This document shows positions 9,364 through 16,851 of a DNA stretch of 34,164 nt, piece by piece. Source of the DNA: a virus (Duplodnaviria; Caudoviricetes). Positions within the stretch are counted from its first letter, which is position 1, and each line of letters opens with the position of its first letter. The DNA lies in the IMG/VR virus record IMGVR_UViG_3300037605_000034, positions 1-34,164 of that record; one strand, given 5' to 3'. The notes under the pieces were generated by a model. It searched no databases, was not told the origin of the DNA, and saw only the letters and a list, made by a program, of their open reading frames with translations. The position numbers were made by a program, and so were the translations under genes.

Positions 9364-10455
9364 ATGAGTCAGGCATCCAGACGAGCATCAAGCCCAAGCC
9401 CGTATAAGCTACGCATTCACCGCGTGTTTGATCGCACGCCGATCAGCTACCTTGGGTTGCAAACGATTCAAAACGCGGCGGTGATGACGGAACCGATGTA
9501 TGAGTTGATGATGGCTCTGCGTGATAAGCGGCTGGACCAGATGATGCCGAGCTTGCCGCCGATCGAGGATTGGCTATCTCTATATCGGAATCACCGACGG
9601 ATCACGATCGGCTTAGGCGACGCATATCCGTCGCTTTTGGGAGTGGATGGTGAAGCGGCCCAATCGTTACTGGATGACGCCAGAGCAATTAGCCGCGAGT
9701 CGCGACTGAACCGAGACGCGTTGACACGAGCGATCTGCGGTGAGCTAAATCCTAGAAAGCTATCGCAGGTCATACGAATTGCGCACAAGGAGGCGCGACG
9801 AGATTACGCTCGACACTTGAACGAGTTGCGTTGTTTTCTACGGGATGACACTTACGACGAAGAGGAAAGCCGAGAGTTCGGAGTGGCGTTGGAGCAGTCC
9901 GCTGAGATTTATTTTTATGTGCGCGTGGTCTTGCCTGCGATGCTGCTTTGGCAGACGACGCCAACGCAGCTTCTACGCATGTCGAGGGGATCGCGAGGCG
10001 AGCAAGCCCAGGCTGTCGCGATCGAACGATTGTTGAGGCTTGATCCGATGGCCATCTATTTACGAGAAGTCCATCGCTGGGTCAATGTGTCCGACGGCAC
10101 AATCCGTACGCAGCGGTATGATCTTCAGAATCAGTGGCGGACGCAGGGTGTCGACAGCGGCCGAATCAGCAGAAGGCAATTCAAGCAGCTCATGGGGGCA
10201 ATGATTCAATCGACTGCGAGCCGTGTCGGGGCCTATTTCGATCTTGCTAAAGGGTGGCGGAAAACACAGCTGACTGCGGCCGACGTACGAGGTGTGTTTG
10301 ATGCGGTGGCTCAAGATCGGTCCAAGCGAGTGCGTGGTGTCGTTGACAAAGACATCGCGGACATACAAGCGGATTCGTGGAGCAAACAGATACGGCGGTA
10401 TAGAGACTGCTGGAATCAACTCCTACCCGAGGTACCCGGACCGAACGTGTCGTGA
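9364..10455 (+). CDS. Hypothetical protein (363 aa), helical, family not recognised
   Basis: 3' part of the 509-aa ORF; independent ATG at 9364 behind its own promoter-like sequence. Confidence 0.7.
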   Translation: MSQASRRASSPSPYKLRIHRVFDRTPISYLGLQTIQNAAVMTEPMYELMMALRDKRLDQMMPSLPPIEDWLSLYRNHRRITIGLGDAYPSLLGVDGEAAQSLLDDARAISRESRLNRDALTRAICGELNPRKLSQVIRIAHKEARRDYARHLNELRCFLRDDTYDEEESREFGVALEQSAEIYFYVRVVLPAMLLWQTTPTQLLRMSRGSRGEQAQAVAIERLLRLDPMAIYLREVHRWVNVSDGTIRTQRYDLQNQWRTQGVDSGRISRRQFKQLMGAMIQSTASRVGAYFDLAKGWRKTQLTAADVRGVFDAVAQDRSKRVRGVVDKDIADIQADSWSKQIRRYRDCWNQLLPEVPGPNVS

Positions 10456-10488
10456 CTTTTGTCCGGTGCTTGATGCTTGCGATGCAAG

Positions 10489-10779
10489 ATGCTGACATCC
10501 GTGAACACACGGAAAGAAACAGCACGAGTTGCGGCAACATGGGAAATCATCAAGACGCTTGAGCCGTTCGAGTCGAGCCGCATTCCGGCGGCCGACCGGC
10601 GGCGTCTTCTGGCGAGATTGATCGCACATGATCTGGTCGAAACGACTCGCCTTAATACGGTAGAGGCCCAAAGAGGCTCTGAGGACGCGAAGAACGCCGC
10701 CCGGCGGTGCGGAAACGCGCTTGCCGCGTGTTCCTCACCGCTGGGCGGCGAAGATTGCCCGAGTCAGGGGGGCAAGTGA
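10489..10779 (+). CDS. Small hypothetical protein
   Basis: ATG at 10489; its TGA overlaps the GTG of the rep gene (GTGA). Confidence 0.5.
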   Translation: MLTSVNTRKETARVAATWEIIKTLEPFESSRIPAADRRRLLARLIAHDLVETTRLNTVEAQRGSEDAKNAARRCGNALAACSSPLGGEDCPSQGGK

Positions 10780-10793
10780 CTAACAGCCCCCCT
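10766..10793 (+). other. Candidate double-strand origin / nick-site hairpin
   Basis: Perfect 8-bp inverted repeat AGGGGGGC / GCCCCCCT around loop AAGTGACTAACA; CTAACAGCC resembles the pT181-family nick sequence CT^AATAGCC and the CTAA nic of MOB-T origins; overlaps the rep start. Confidence 0.65.
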
Positions 10794-12008
10794 TCTAACG
10801 TGAAATTGTCACCCGATGAGTATGGGAGAGTCCTTGCTTCGGGCATTGACTCACTTGCCGTATCCATCCAGGTGGAGTGGTTGACCGAGATCCTGTTCAC
10901 CAAGCTTGCCGAATTGAAGCGAACCGCCAAGAGCGAGCATGAGGATCAACCGGGCGTCATCGATCCAGGCTTCGGCGCGGCCTCGTGGCTGTTCAGTGTG
11001 TCGCCTTCTGGCACGGATGGCTATGAATGGGTGCTCAAGGGTCGCGAGATGACAATGAAGATCGGAAATTGGAACGAGTTGAAGCAGCGCCCTAGCGTGC
11101 TGGCAGACATCCGGTCAGAGACTTTGTGGGCGCATGGGCCGGATGCGTGTATTCAGCGGCTGCACGATCTGATTCAAGCGATGCAGGGAAAAATCATCGC
11201 ACTCAAGCCGAGCCGGGTTGATCTGTGTGTTGACCTGCTGCTGCGTGAGATTGATTGGGTGCCGAGCCTCTTGGATGGCTTTGTGACGCGTGCCCGTGAT
11301 ATCGATCCGCATTACCAGAGCCGTCAGTTGTCCGGCTTCTCCATCGGTAAGGGTGCTGTTGCGGCTAGGCTCTACGACAAGCCGCGCGAGATCCGGGTGA
11401 AGTCTAAAAAATTCTGGATGTATGACATCTGGGGCATCGAGTCCGAAGCCGAGGATCACCGGGTCATCCGTGTTGAGTTTCAAACGCGGCGGGAGGCGCT
11501 GCATGAGATGGGCATCGAGACCTACCCTGACCTGGCCGAGCAGTTGCCCGCTCTCTGGGCTTACCTGACGCGGAAGTGGCTGAGGGTGGCGATGGATGCC
11601 AGCCTGCACCATACCCAGCAGATCATTCGGCCGTGGTGGCCAATCGTCGAGCGGGGCTTTGATGGCGCCCAGCAGGCCACGCCGATTGTTCGGGAGAAAG
11701 CCATCTCGACGGATCTCAATCGCCACAGTGCTCAACTCTTAGGGCTTGTGTCATCCATCACCGCGCTACAGCGGCAGGGAATCCTCGTCAGCAAAGATGA
11801 ATCACTCGATTTGGATTCGCATGTGGCGGTGATCGTTGACATGGTGAGGAAGAATGCCGCCATAGATGATGATCAGTTCACCGAACGGGTGAAACGTAAG
11901 CAGGTCAAACAACTGCGTGCGGGTGTGGATTTCTCTGATGCCCCTGGCGCGAAACCGGCCGGTGCGGTATCTTCAAGGCGAACAAATCGCCGGAGGCAAT
12001 CGCCATGA
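10776..12008 (+). CDS. Replication initiation factor, Rep_trans-like (rolling-circle initiator/relaxase)
   Basis: Motifs PPSN, SGIDSL, SRVDLCVD, GFSIG....ARLYDK..EI (candidate catalytic Tyr), RVEFQ.RRE.L; GTG start at 10776. Confidence 0.8.
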   Translation: MTNSPPSNVKLSPDEYGRVLASGIDSLAVSIQVEWLTEILFTKLAELKRTAKSEHEDQPGVIDPGFGAASWLFSVSPSGTDGYEWVLKGREMTMKIGNWNELKQRPSVLADIRSETLWAHGPDACIQRLHDLIQAMQGKIIALKPSRVDLCVDLLLREIDWVPSLLDGFVTRARDIDPHYQSRQLSGFSIGKGAVAARLYDKPREIRVKSKKFWMYDIWGIESEAEDHRVIRVEFQTRREALHEMGIETYPDLAEQLPALWAYLTRKWLRVAMDASLHHTQQIIRPWWPIVERGFDGAQQATPIVREKAISTDLNRHSAQLLGLVSSITALQRQGILVSKDESLDLDSHVAVIVDMVRKNAAIDDDQFTERVKRKQVKQLRAGVDFSDAPGAKPAGAVSSRRTNRRRQSP

Positions 12009-13729
12009 CGTCCGCTATTGGTTACATCCGCCGTTCAACTGACAAGCAGGAAGAATCCCTCGATCAGCAGCGGGCCAAGCTCGAAGCTTTCGCCAAGGGC
12101 AAGGGCTGGACGCTCACGGCGATCTACTGCGACGATGCGATCAGTGGTAGTGATATGAAACGGCCGGGCCTGGAACGCCTGATGTCTGACGCAACAAGCC
12201 GCGACGATATCGATGTTGTCCTAGCGTGGGACCGCAACCGGATCGCCAGGCCCAAAGATCCGCTCGATGGCATGATGTTAGAACGTCGATTGTCTGATGC
12301 GGGTAAGCGGGTGGTCTATGCGGGGACCGGGATCGAGACGGATCGCTCGTTCACCTCCGGCCTGATCGGTTACATCGAGCACCACCAGAACGGCGACTAC
12401 CTCCGCAAGCTCTCGCGCGACACGATGCGGGGGCTCGTTGAACGTGCCAAGCGTGGTCTTTGGCCCGGTGGTCCGATCCCCTTCGGCTATGACCGATTGA
12501 TACTCGACGGCGACAAGCCTCGGCGTATTGTTCGGGATATTGAGGATGGCGGGCAGGTCGTGCTTGATGCCGAGTCCGGGCGTGAACTGGAACGGTTGCC
12601 TAAGGGTAAAAGCCACCGCAAGCAGGATCACGAATCGTGCTCGCTAATTCCCTCTGAACCTCAACGGGTCCGAGCATTGCAAGGTATCTTCGAAGACTTC
12701 GCAGCAGGCAAGCCAACCCGTACACTCCGCGATGATCTGAACGCGGCGGGGTTCCGTACTTCTCGCGGTAGTTACTTCACGGTCCAGACGCTGCTGCCGA
12801 TCCTTGAGAATCAAGCCTATCTCGGTAGATGCGTCTACAACCAGCGGACTTTGAGCAAGTGGCACCGATACCGGGATGGGACCAGTGTCGAGCGAGTCGA
12901 TGAGGGTGTCGAGCATCGCGGGTCTGAGGATTGGGTGACCTGTGATGATGCCTGGCCCGCTCTCGTTTCGGATGAACTATTCAAGCAAGTTCAACAGCGG
13001 CGCAAAGATTCACGCGAACGCAACAGCCATCGACGCGGTCCCGCCATGCGTAGCGAGTACCTGCTGACCGGGCTGATGTTCTGCGGCGTCTGTGGCGGCA
13101 AGCTTGGCGGGCATACTTACAAGAACACAAAAGGGATTAAGACGCGTTACTACGTTTGCTCACGCAACTCGTCTGGCCATAAGCACGAATGCCCCAAGCG
13201 GTACACGGTGCCAGCCAAGTTGGTTGAAGGTCATATCCTCGGGCTGATTCGCCAGGACCTTGCCGCTCTGCGTGACGATGACCAGCTGCACCGGATGATC
13301 GCCAAGGAACTGGAACGCCTCGCTGGGGGCCAGTCGGATGCCCGCGATCAGTTAAGCCGACAACTCGCCAGCCTCGACCAGCAGGCCGCGACGGTACGCG
13401 AGCACCTCATGTCGATGGACGCTGATACGGCCAAGGCACTCGGCCTTTATGACAACGCCAAGACTCTATCCGAAGAGTACGCCCAGGTCGCAGAACAACT
13501 CGCCAAGCTGCCTGACACGTGTCCCGCCTTACCGTCGCCTGATCTGATCCGTGAACGTGCTGCAGCTGAGTTTGATCGCCTGGAACACGTTGTGAGTTCT
13601 GCAACGGTGGAAGAAAAGCGAGAGCTAATCGCCTGCTATGTCCAAAAGATAAAGGCTGATCCGGACCTTCAATCGGTCGAGATCAGCCTGTATCCAACTC
13701 TCTTGAGTCAAAAAATAGTGTGGTCGTAA
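12005..13729 (+). CDS. Large serine recombinase (resolvase + recombinase + Zn ribbon + coiled coil)
   Basis: YIRRSTDKQ (catalytic Ser), D..ISG...RPGL, DRNRIAR, GG..PFGY, LLTGL.FCGVCG...YYVC...C, C-terminal coiled coil. Confidence 0.95.
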   Translation: MTSAIGYIRRSTDKQEESLDQQRAKLEAFAKGKGWTLTAIYCDDAISGSDMKRPGLERLMSDATSRDDIDVVLAWDRNRIARPKDPLDGMMLERRLSDAGKRVVYAGTGIETDRSFTSGLIGYIEHHQNGDYLRKLSRDTMRGLVERAKRGLWPGGPIPFGYDRLILDGDKPRRIVRDIEDGGQVVLDAESGRELERLPKGKSHRKQDHESCSLIPSEPQRVRALQGIFEDFAAGKPTRTLRDDLNAAGFRTSRGSYFTVQTLLPILENQAYLGRCVYNQRTLSKWHRYRDGTSVERVDEGVEHRGSEDWVTCDDAWPALVSDELFKQVQQRRKDSRERNSHRRGPAMRSEYLLTGLMFCGVCGGKLGGHTYKNTKGIKTRYYVCSRNSSGHKHECPKRYTVPAKLVEGHILGLIRQDLAALRDDDQLHRMIAKELERLAGGQSDARDQLSRQLASLDQQAATVREHLMSMDADTAKALGLYDNAKTLSEEYAQVAEQLAKLPDTCPALPSPDLIRERAAAEFDRLEHVVSSATVEEKRELIACYVQKIKADPDLQSVEISLYPTLLSQKIVWS

Positions 13730-13909
13730 CCGTTGGCAGTGGCCTGTTTCCACTCCGGCTGCTTACATGCCAACTCCGCCCAGAAAATCCTGCCATCTGG
13801 CTGATATTTATGAATCAGAGACACCAACTTGCACTTTTGTAGTGGGCACCGCTCAATAGGAGCGTCCGGCCACAAGCGGCTATCAACGCAAAATTAGAGG
13901 TGCCAACAC

Positions 13910-14104
13910 ATGCTTAGAGACCCAGACAGGATGACCATGGAAGAACGAGATAAAGAAATTTCACATCTGCTTGGTAAGGGACTTCTCCGATGGCATAGAT
14001 TTAATAAGCGACTCAATAATCGACCGTCCGATGCGATGCCCAGAGGCAGCAAGGCAGAGGATATTGATGCCCCACCGACGAGTAATGACGAGACGAAGCA
14101 TTGA
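13910..14104 (+). CDS. Small hypothetical protein (MTxEERxxEI..LL.KG type)
   Basis: AGAGGTG RBS-like sequence upstream; resembles small genes I recall preceding DUF2924/serine-recombinase modules. Confidence 0.5.
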   Translation: MLRDPDRMTMEERDKEISHLLGKGLLRWHRFNKRLNNRPSDAMPRGSKAEDIDAPPTSNDETKH

Positions 14105-14129
14105 TTTTTTCAATAACGCCACTCCACGT

Positions 14130-15932
14130 CTACGCGTCTGAATGAATCACATCGTCACTTTCGATGGTAAGTACGCCGGCAATTTGCTTGAGACGCGCTT
14201 TAATCAGTTGTTCCCTGGCATCGAAGAACTCTAGAAAGTTTTCTTTTAGCCATAATCGAGGCTCCGCGGGGATCAGGTGGCGATCGAGAAAGCTCTTGTC
14301 TCGGGTCGCGAGCCACTCACCGAACGGCTGATCTGACTTGCCTTGATTCTCATTCGACATAAGGAGGGCCAGATTCCCTAATCGGTTTTTCCTACCAACC
14401 CATTTCCATCGTTGCTCAGACTCAAGGCCAAGGTCCTGCAACGACTTGTCACGGAACATAGCCTGGGGAAAAAGATGGTCGGTATGGTGCGGGATTGTTC
14501 CCCACCCGTTCTCGTCGTAGAGCAGCGTCAATGCCAAGAAGGTTAGCTTTCTGCCGTAATTCAGTTGAAGGACATTTTCAATAGCAAACTGATCGAATGC
14601 CGCAGTTCTGCCTGCCTTCGCGATAACACGGTTGAGATTCTCTGCTGGAAAGTTCGCCTCCGGATCGGGACTCCGTCCCAACTCGGTGCGCATATCACGG
14701 AGTATATTGTCTGAAGCGCCACCAAAAACCTGATTGAGTAATGAGGCGATCAGCCACCGCCTGATCAAGCCTGCGTTGCGAACTTCAAAGGCAGACGTGC
14801 CGCGTAGCGTCAAGCCTGGCCGCCGAAAGAGGTAGTAGATGACCGGAATAAGCGCATTAGCACTCGTCAGGTTGTCTCGGTCAATACCGTATGAGTTTGC
14901 GAGGTCAACGCCGCGCTCGATCGCGGATTTGATCTCAGGCCATGAAGTTTGAATAAGTCCAAGATTCTGATTGTTAAAGTTCTGGACTCGATAGGCCACG
15001 GGCAGGTCTGTCAAGACCAAGCAGGCTTTCATGATGAAGTCTTTGTCGAAGCTGTTATGCCGCGTCAGATCATCATTAATATGGTCCACGAATCCGAAAA
15101 TCTCGTCTCTTGCATTCATCGTGCCCCATTTTGAAGTGACCATCGATAACAAGAGGTCCGACTTGCTGAGCTTGGTTCCGCCCTCGTTGGCACGAACAAA
15201 AATGTCAAGGACACGGTCGTAGTTCTGATCACGCTCAGTGTAATAAGCCACGACCTCATCTTTAAAGATTGCCTCGTAGAGTCGTCTGAGGTTCCTCCTG
15301 AAAGTGCGTATTTGCCCTTTTGTAACAGACTCCGGCAAGCGATCTTCTTCTGCGTCGATGAAATCATCCAAGTTATCCTCGGTCTCGACATCCAAAATAC
15401 GTCCGACCCGAAACCAATATCGACCGTCTTCCTTGGGGGCCGGCTCGGCGAAGAAGTTGAAGTGGTAATAGAGTCCTGCTTCGGTATCCATCGCATCGTC
15501 ATCAGGCTCGATTGGATCTTTGAGAAGATCGAGAAACAATCGCTGCTTGACCCATGCAGATGGATCATCCCACCTTTTGTACTTTTTCTTCACCGTGTAG
15601 AAGCCACGTAGCCCAACAAGTAATGAAGTCAGCCTCTGCTGTCCATCAAGGATCAACGTAAGTCCATGAACACCATCAGTCGTTGCCACTTCGTTATGAC
15701 TGCCGCCTTGCTTGCCGTGTTCGAGGAACTTGTACGCCTCCCAGTTATCTCGATTCTCCGGATCAAGTTCCCAAAACAGAAATGAGCCAATGGGATAGCG
15801 CCGTAAAATTGAGTCGAAGAGTTGGATAATCTGTTCTGGCTTCCAGACGTACTCTCGCTGGATCGCGGGAAGGAAATACTGGTGGTTGAGTTTGGCGACG
15901 GTCGTCGCGACTGATTCTGAGCGATAGCTCAT
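14130..15932 (-). CDS. GmrSD-like type IV restriction protein (DUF262 + DUF1524/HNH-like)
   Basis: LPAIQREYVW, DS..RRYPIGS.L.W, LDGQQRLTSL, F.R.N.GG..LS; C-terminal HTDHLFPQ...NRLGNL.LL...N..KSD; ATG at 15932 preferred. Confidence 0.88.
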   Translation of the reverse strand: MSYRSESVATTVAKLNHQYFLPAIQREYVWKPEQIIQLFDSILRRYPIGSFLFWELDPENRDNWEAYKFLEHGKQGGSHNEVATTDGVHGLTLILDGQQRLTSLLVGLRGFYTVKKKYKRWDDPSAWVKQRLFLDLLKDPIEPDDDAMDTEAGLYYHFNFFAEPAPKEDGRYWFRVGRILDVETEDNLDDFIDAEEDRLPESVTKGQIRTFRRNLRRLYEAIFKDEVVAYYTERDQNYDRVLDIFVRANEGGTKLSKSDLLLSMVTSKWGTMNARDEIFGFVDHINDDLTRHNSFDKDFIMKACLVLTDLPVAYRVQNFNNQNLGLIQTSWPEIKSAIERGVDLANSYGIDRDNLTSANALIPVIYYLFRRPGLTLRGTSAFEVRNAGLIRRWLIASLLNQVFGGASDNILRDMRTELGRSPDPEANFPAENLNRVIAKAGRTAAFDQFAIENVLQLNYGRKLTFLALTLLYDENGWGTIPHHTDHLFPQAMFRDKSLQDLGLESEQRWKWVGRKNRLGNLALLMSNENQGKSDQPFGEWLATRDKSFLDRHLIPAEPRLWLKENFLEFFDAREQLIKARLKQIAGVLTIESDDVIHSDA

Positions 15933-16010
15933 GATGAGAGCCCCTAGAATGTGGCTGGGGATAAGTCGTGATGTACGTGTAGAGGATAACCGGGGCGATA
16001 GGAAGCAAGC

Positions 16011-16046
16011 AAAACGCCCGGCTGGCCGTAAGGCCGAGCCGAGCGC
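16011..16046 (-). terminator. Intrinsic terminator closing the prophage late operon
   Basis: Minus strand GCGCTCGGCT-C-GGCC-TTAC-GGCC-AGCCGGGCGT-TTT: long GC-rich stem with short U tract, ~27 nt after the stop at 16074. Confidence 0.6.
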
Positions 16047-16073
16047 TTCCGGGGGCATGGTTGACACGGAAGT

Positions 16074-16580
16074 TTACCCTGTTGAGTCGTCTGCGTGAAG
16101 CGATCCATCGGGCCACCAACCGAAAGGACAATCTTCCGCAAGATCGCGGGCCTTCTTCTCGAGGATGCATCCACATGTCCCATTGCCCGAACCTCGCATC
16201 GATTCGAGCATGGGACCGCAGGTGTGGAGCTCATTGTCTCGCCAGATGGCATGCCCACCCGGGCATTGCCGACACACATTGAGGCGGGCTTCAACCTGCT
16301 CGTTGCTGGCTCGCTCGATACCGAGGGTGGTTTTGGCCACGCTCTTGCTTGCGTGTGCCACCGCGCTGATGACATTGAGCGCCTGCCGCTTGGGGCTTAG
16401 CTTCAGAGCAGGCGTTGGGTCGTCGCCACGTAGGACCTGCTTCCAGGTCTCGGGCACAAAGCACCAGGCCGTCCCTTCTTCCTTAAGTCGGGCTCGCTTG
16501 GCGCGGTCGATCAGCGTCGGGTCACGGCGACGGCTGACCTGCTCGATGTATTCGATTGGGATTTTGATTTCGTCTGCCAT
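16074..16580 (-). CDS. Phage Cys-rich/Zn-binding protein (DUF6171-like C-terminus)
   Basis: R...CRQCP...TCG...TCGC....K......CP.G.W pattern typical of small phage Cys proteins. Confidence 0.7.
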   Translation of the reverse strand: MADEIKIPIEYIEQVSRRRDPTLIDRAKRARLKEEGTAWCFVPETWKQVLRGDDPTPALKLSPKRQALNVISAVAHASKSVAKTTLGIERASNEQVEARLNVCRQCPGGHAIWRDNELHTCGPMLESMRGSGNGTCGCILEKKARDLAEDCPFGWWPDGSLHADDSTG

Positions 16581-16600
16581 TTAGCCAAGGCAGGACCCTT

Positions 16601-16834
16601 CACGGTTGTTATCCCGCCGGCTCTTTATCCAGCGGTTCTACGGCTCTCGCCGCAGGTCGGACTATCTCTTCCCCCTTCCGGGGGTCGGGCGCTCGTGGAG
16701 GCGATTACTGTCCGGTCTGGACTCGGCCTCTAGTCTCTGCACCTTCCGAAGCGTTCCCGCCTCGGCTTGGCTCAGGGTTGCCCTCGTCTTTACGTTAGGG
16801 GTTTCCCTGAATTCACCCGATATGGCCAATGTTT
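16601..16834 (-). ncRNA. ORF-less group I intron/ribozyme (234 nt)
   Basis: Minus strand: P3 TCGGGTG(16820-14)/CGCCCGA(16691-85); P4 TCAGGG/CCCTGA; P5; P6 GCC/GGT with P6a closed by GGAA; P7 GAGACTA(16737-31)/TAGTCC(16664-59); P7.1 GAGGC/GCCTC; P8 CCCCC-GGAA-GGGGG; J8/7 AAGAGA; P9 CTGCGGC-GAGA-GCCGTAG; P9.1 CCGCTGG/CCGGCGG; P9.0 AC/GT before omega-G at 16601. P, Q, R and S elements resemble trnL/Azoarcus introns. 5' boundary less certain. Confidence 0.92.
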
Positions 16835-16851
16835 AGTTTCCAGTCTCCTTT

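Larger units (their letters stand above)
9292..13746 (+). mobile_element. Putative ~4.4-kb integrative rolling-circle mini-element (Rep_trans-like initiator + large serine recombinase)
   Basis: Four co-oriented genes, the last three overlapping; nick-site-like hairpin; begins where the IS5 transposase is cut off. Boundaries approximate. Confidence 0.6.

Noticed and set aside
8926-10455. 509-aa ORF as a single functional transposase
   Set aside because: No DDE domain; better read as an IS5 fragment joined to an independent gene at 9364.
13700-13760. tRNA attachment site at the recombinase 3' end
   Set aside because: No T-arm/CCA or cloverleaf recognisable on either strand.
16601-16834. Autonomous IStron or homing intron
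   Set aside because: No tnpA/tnpB or endonuclease ORF in or beside the ribozyme; a non-autonomous derivative is not excluded.
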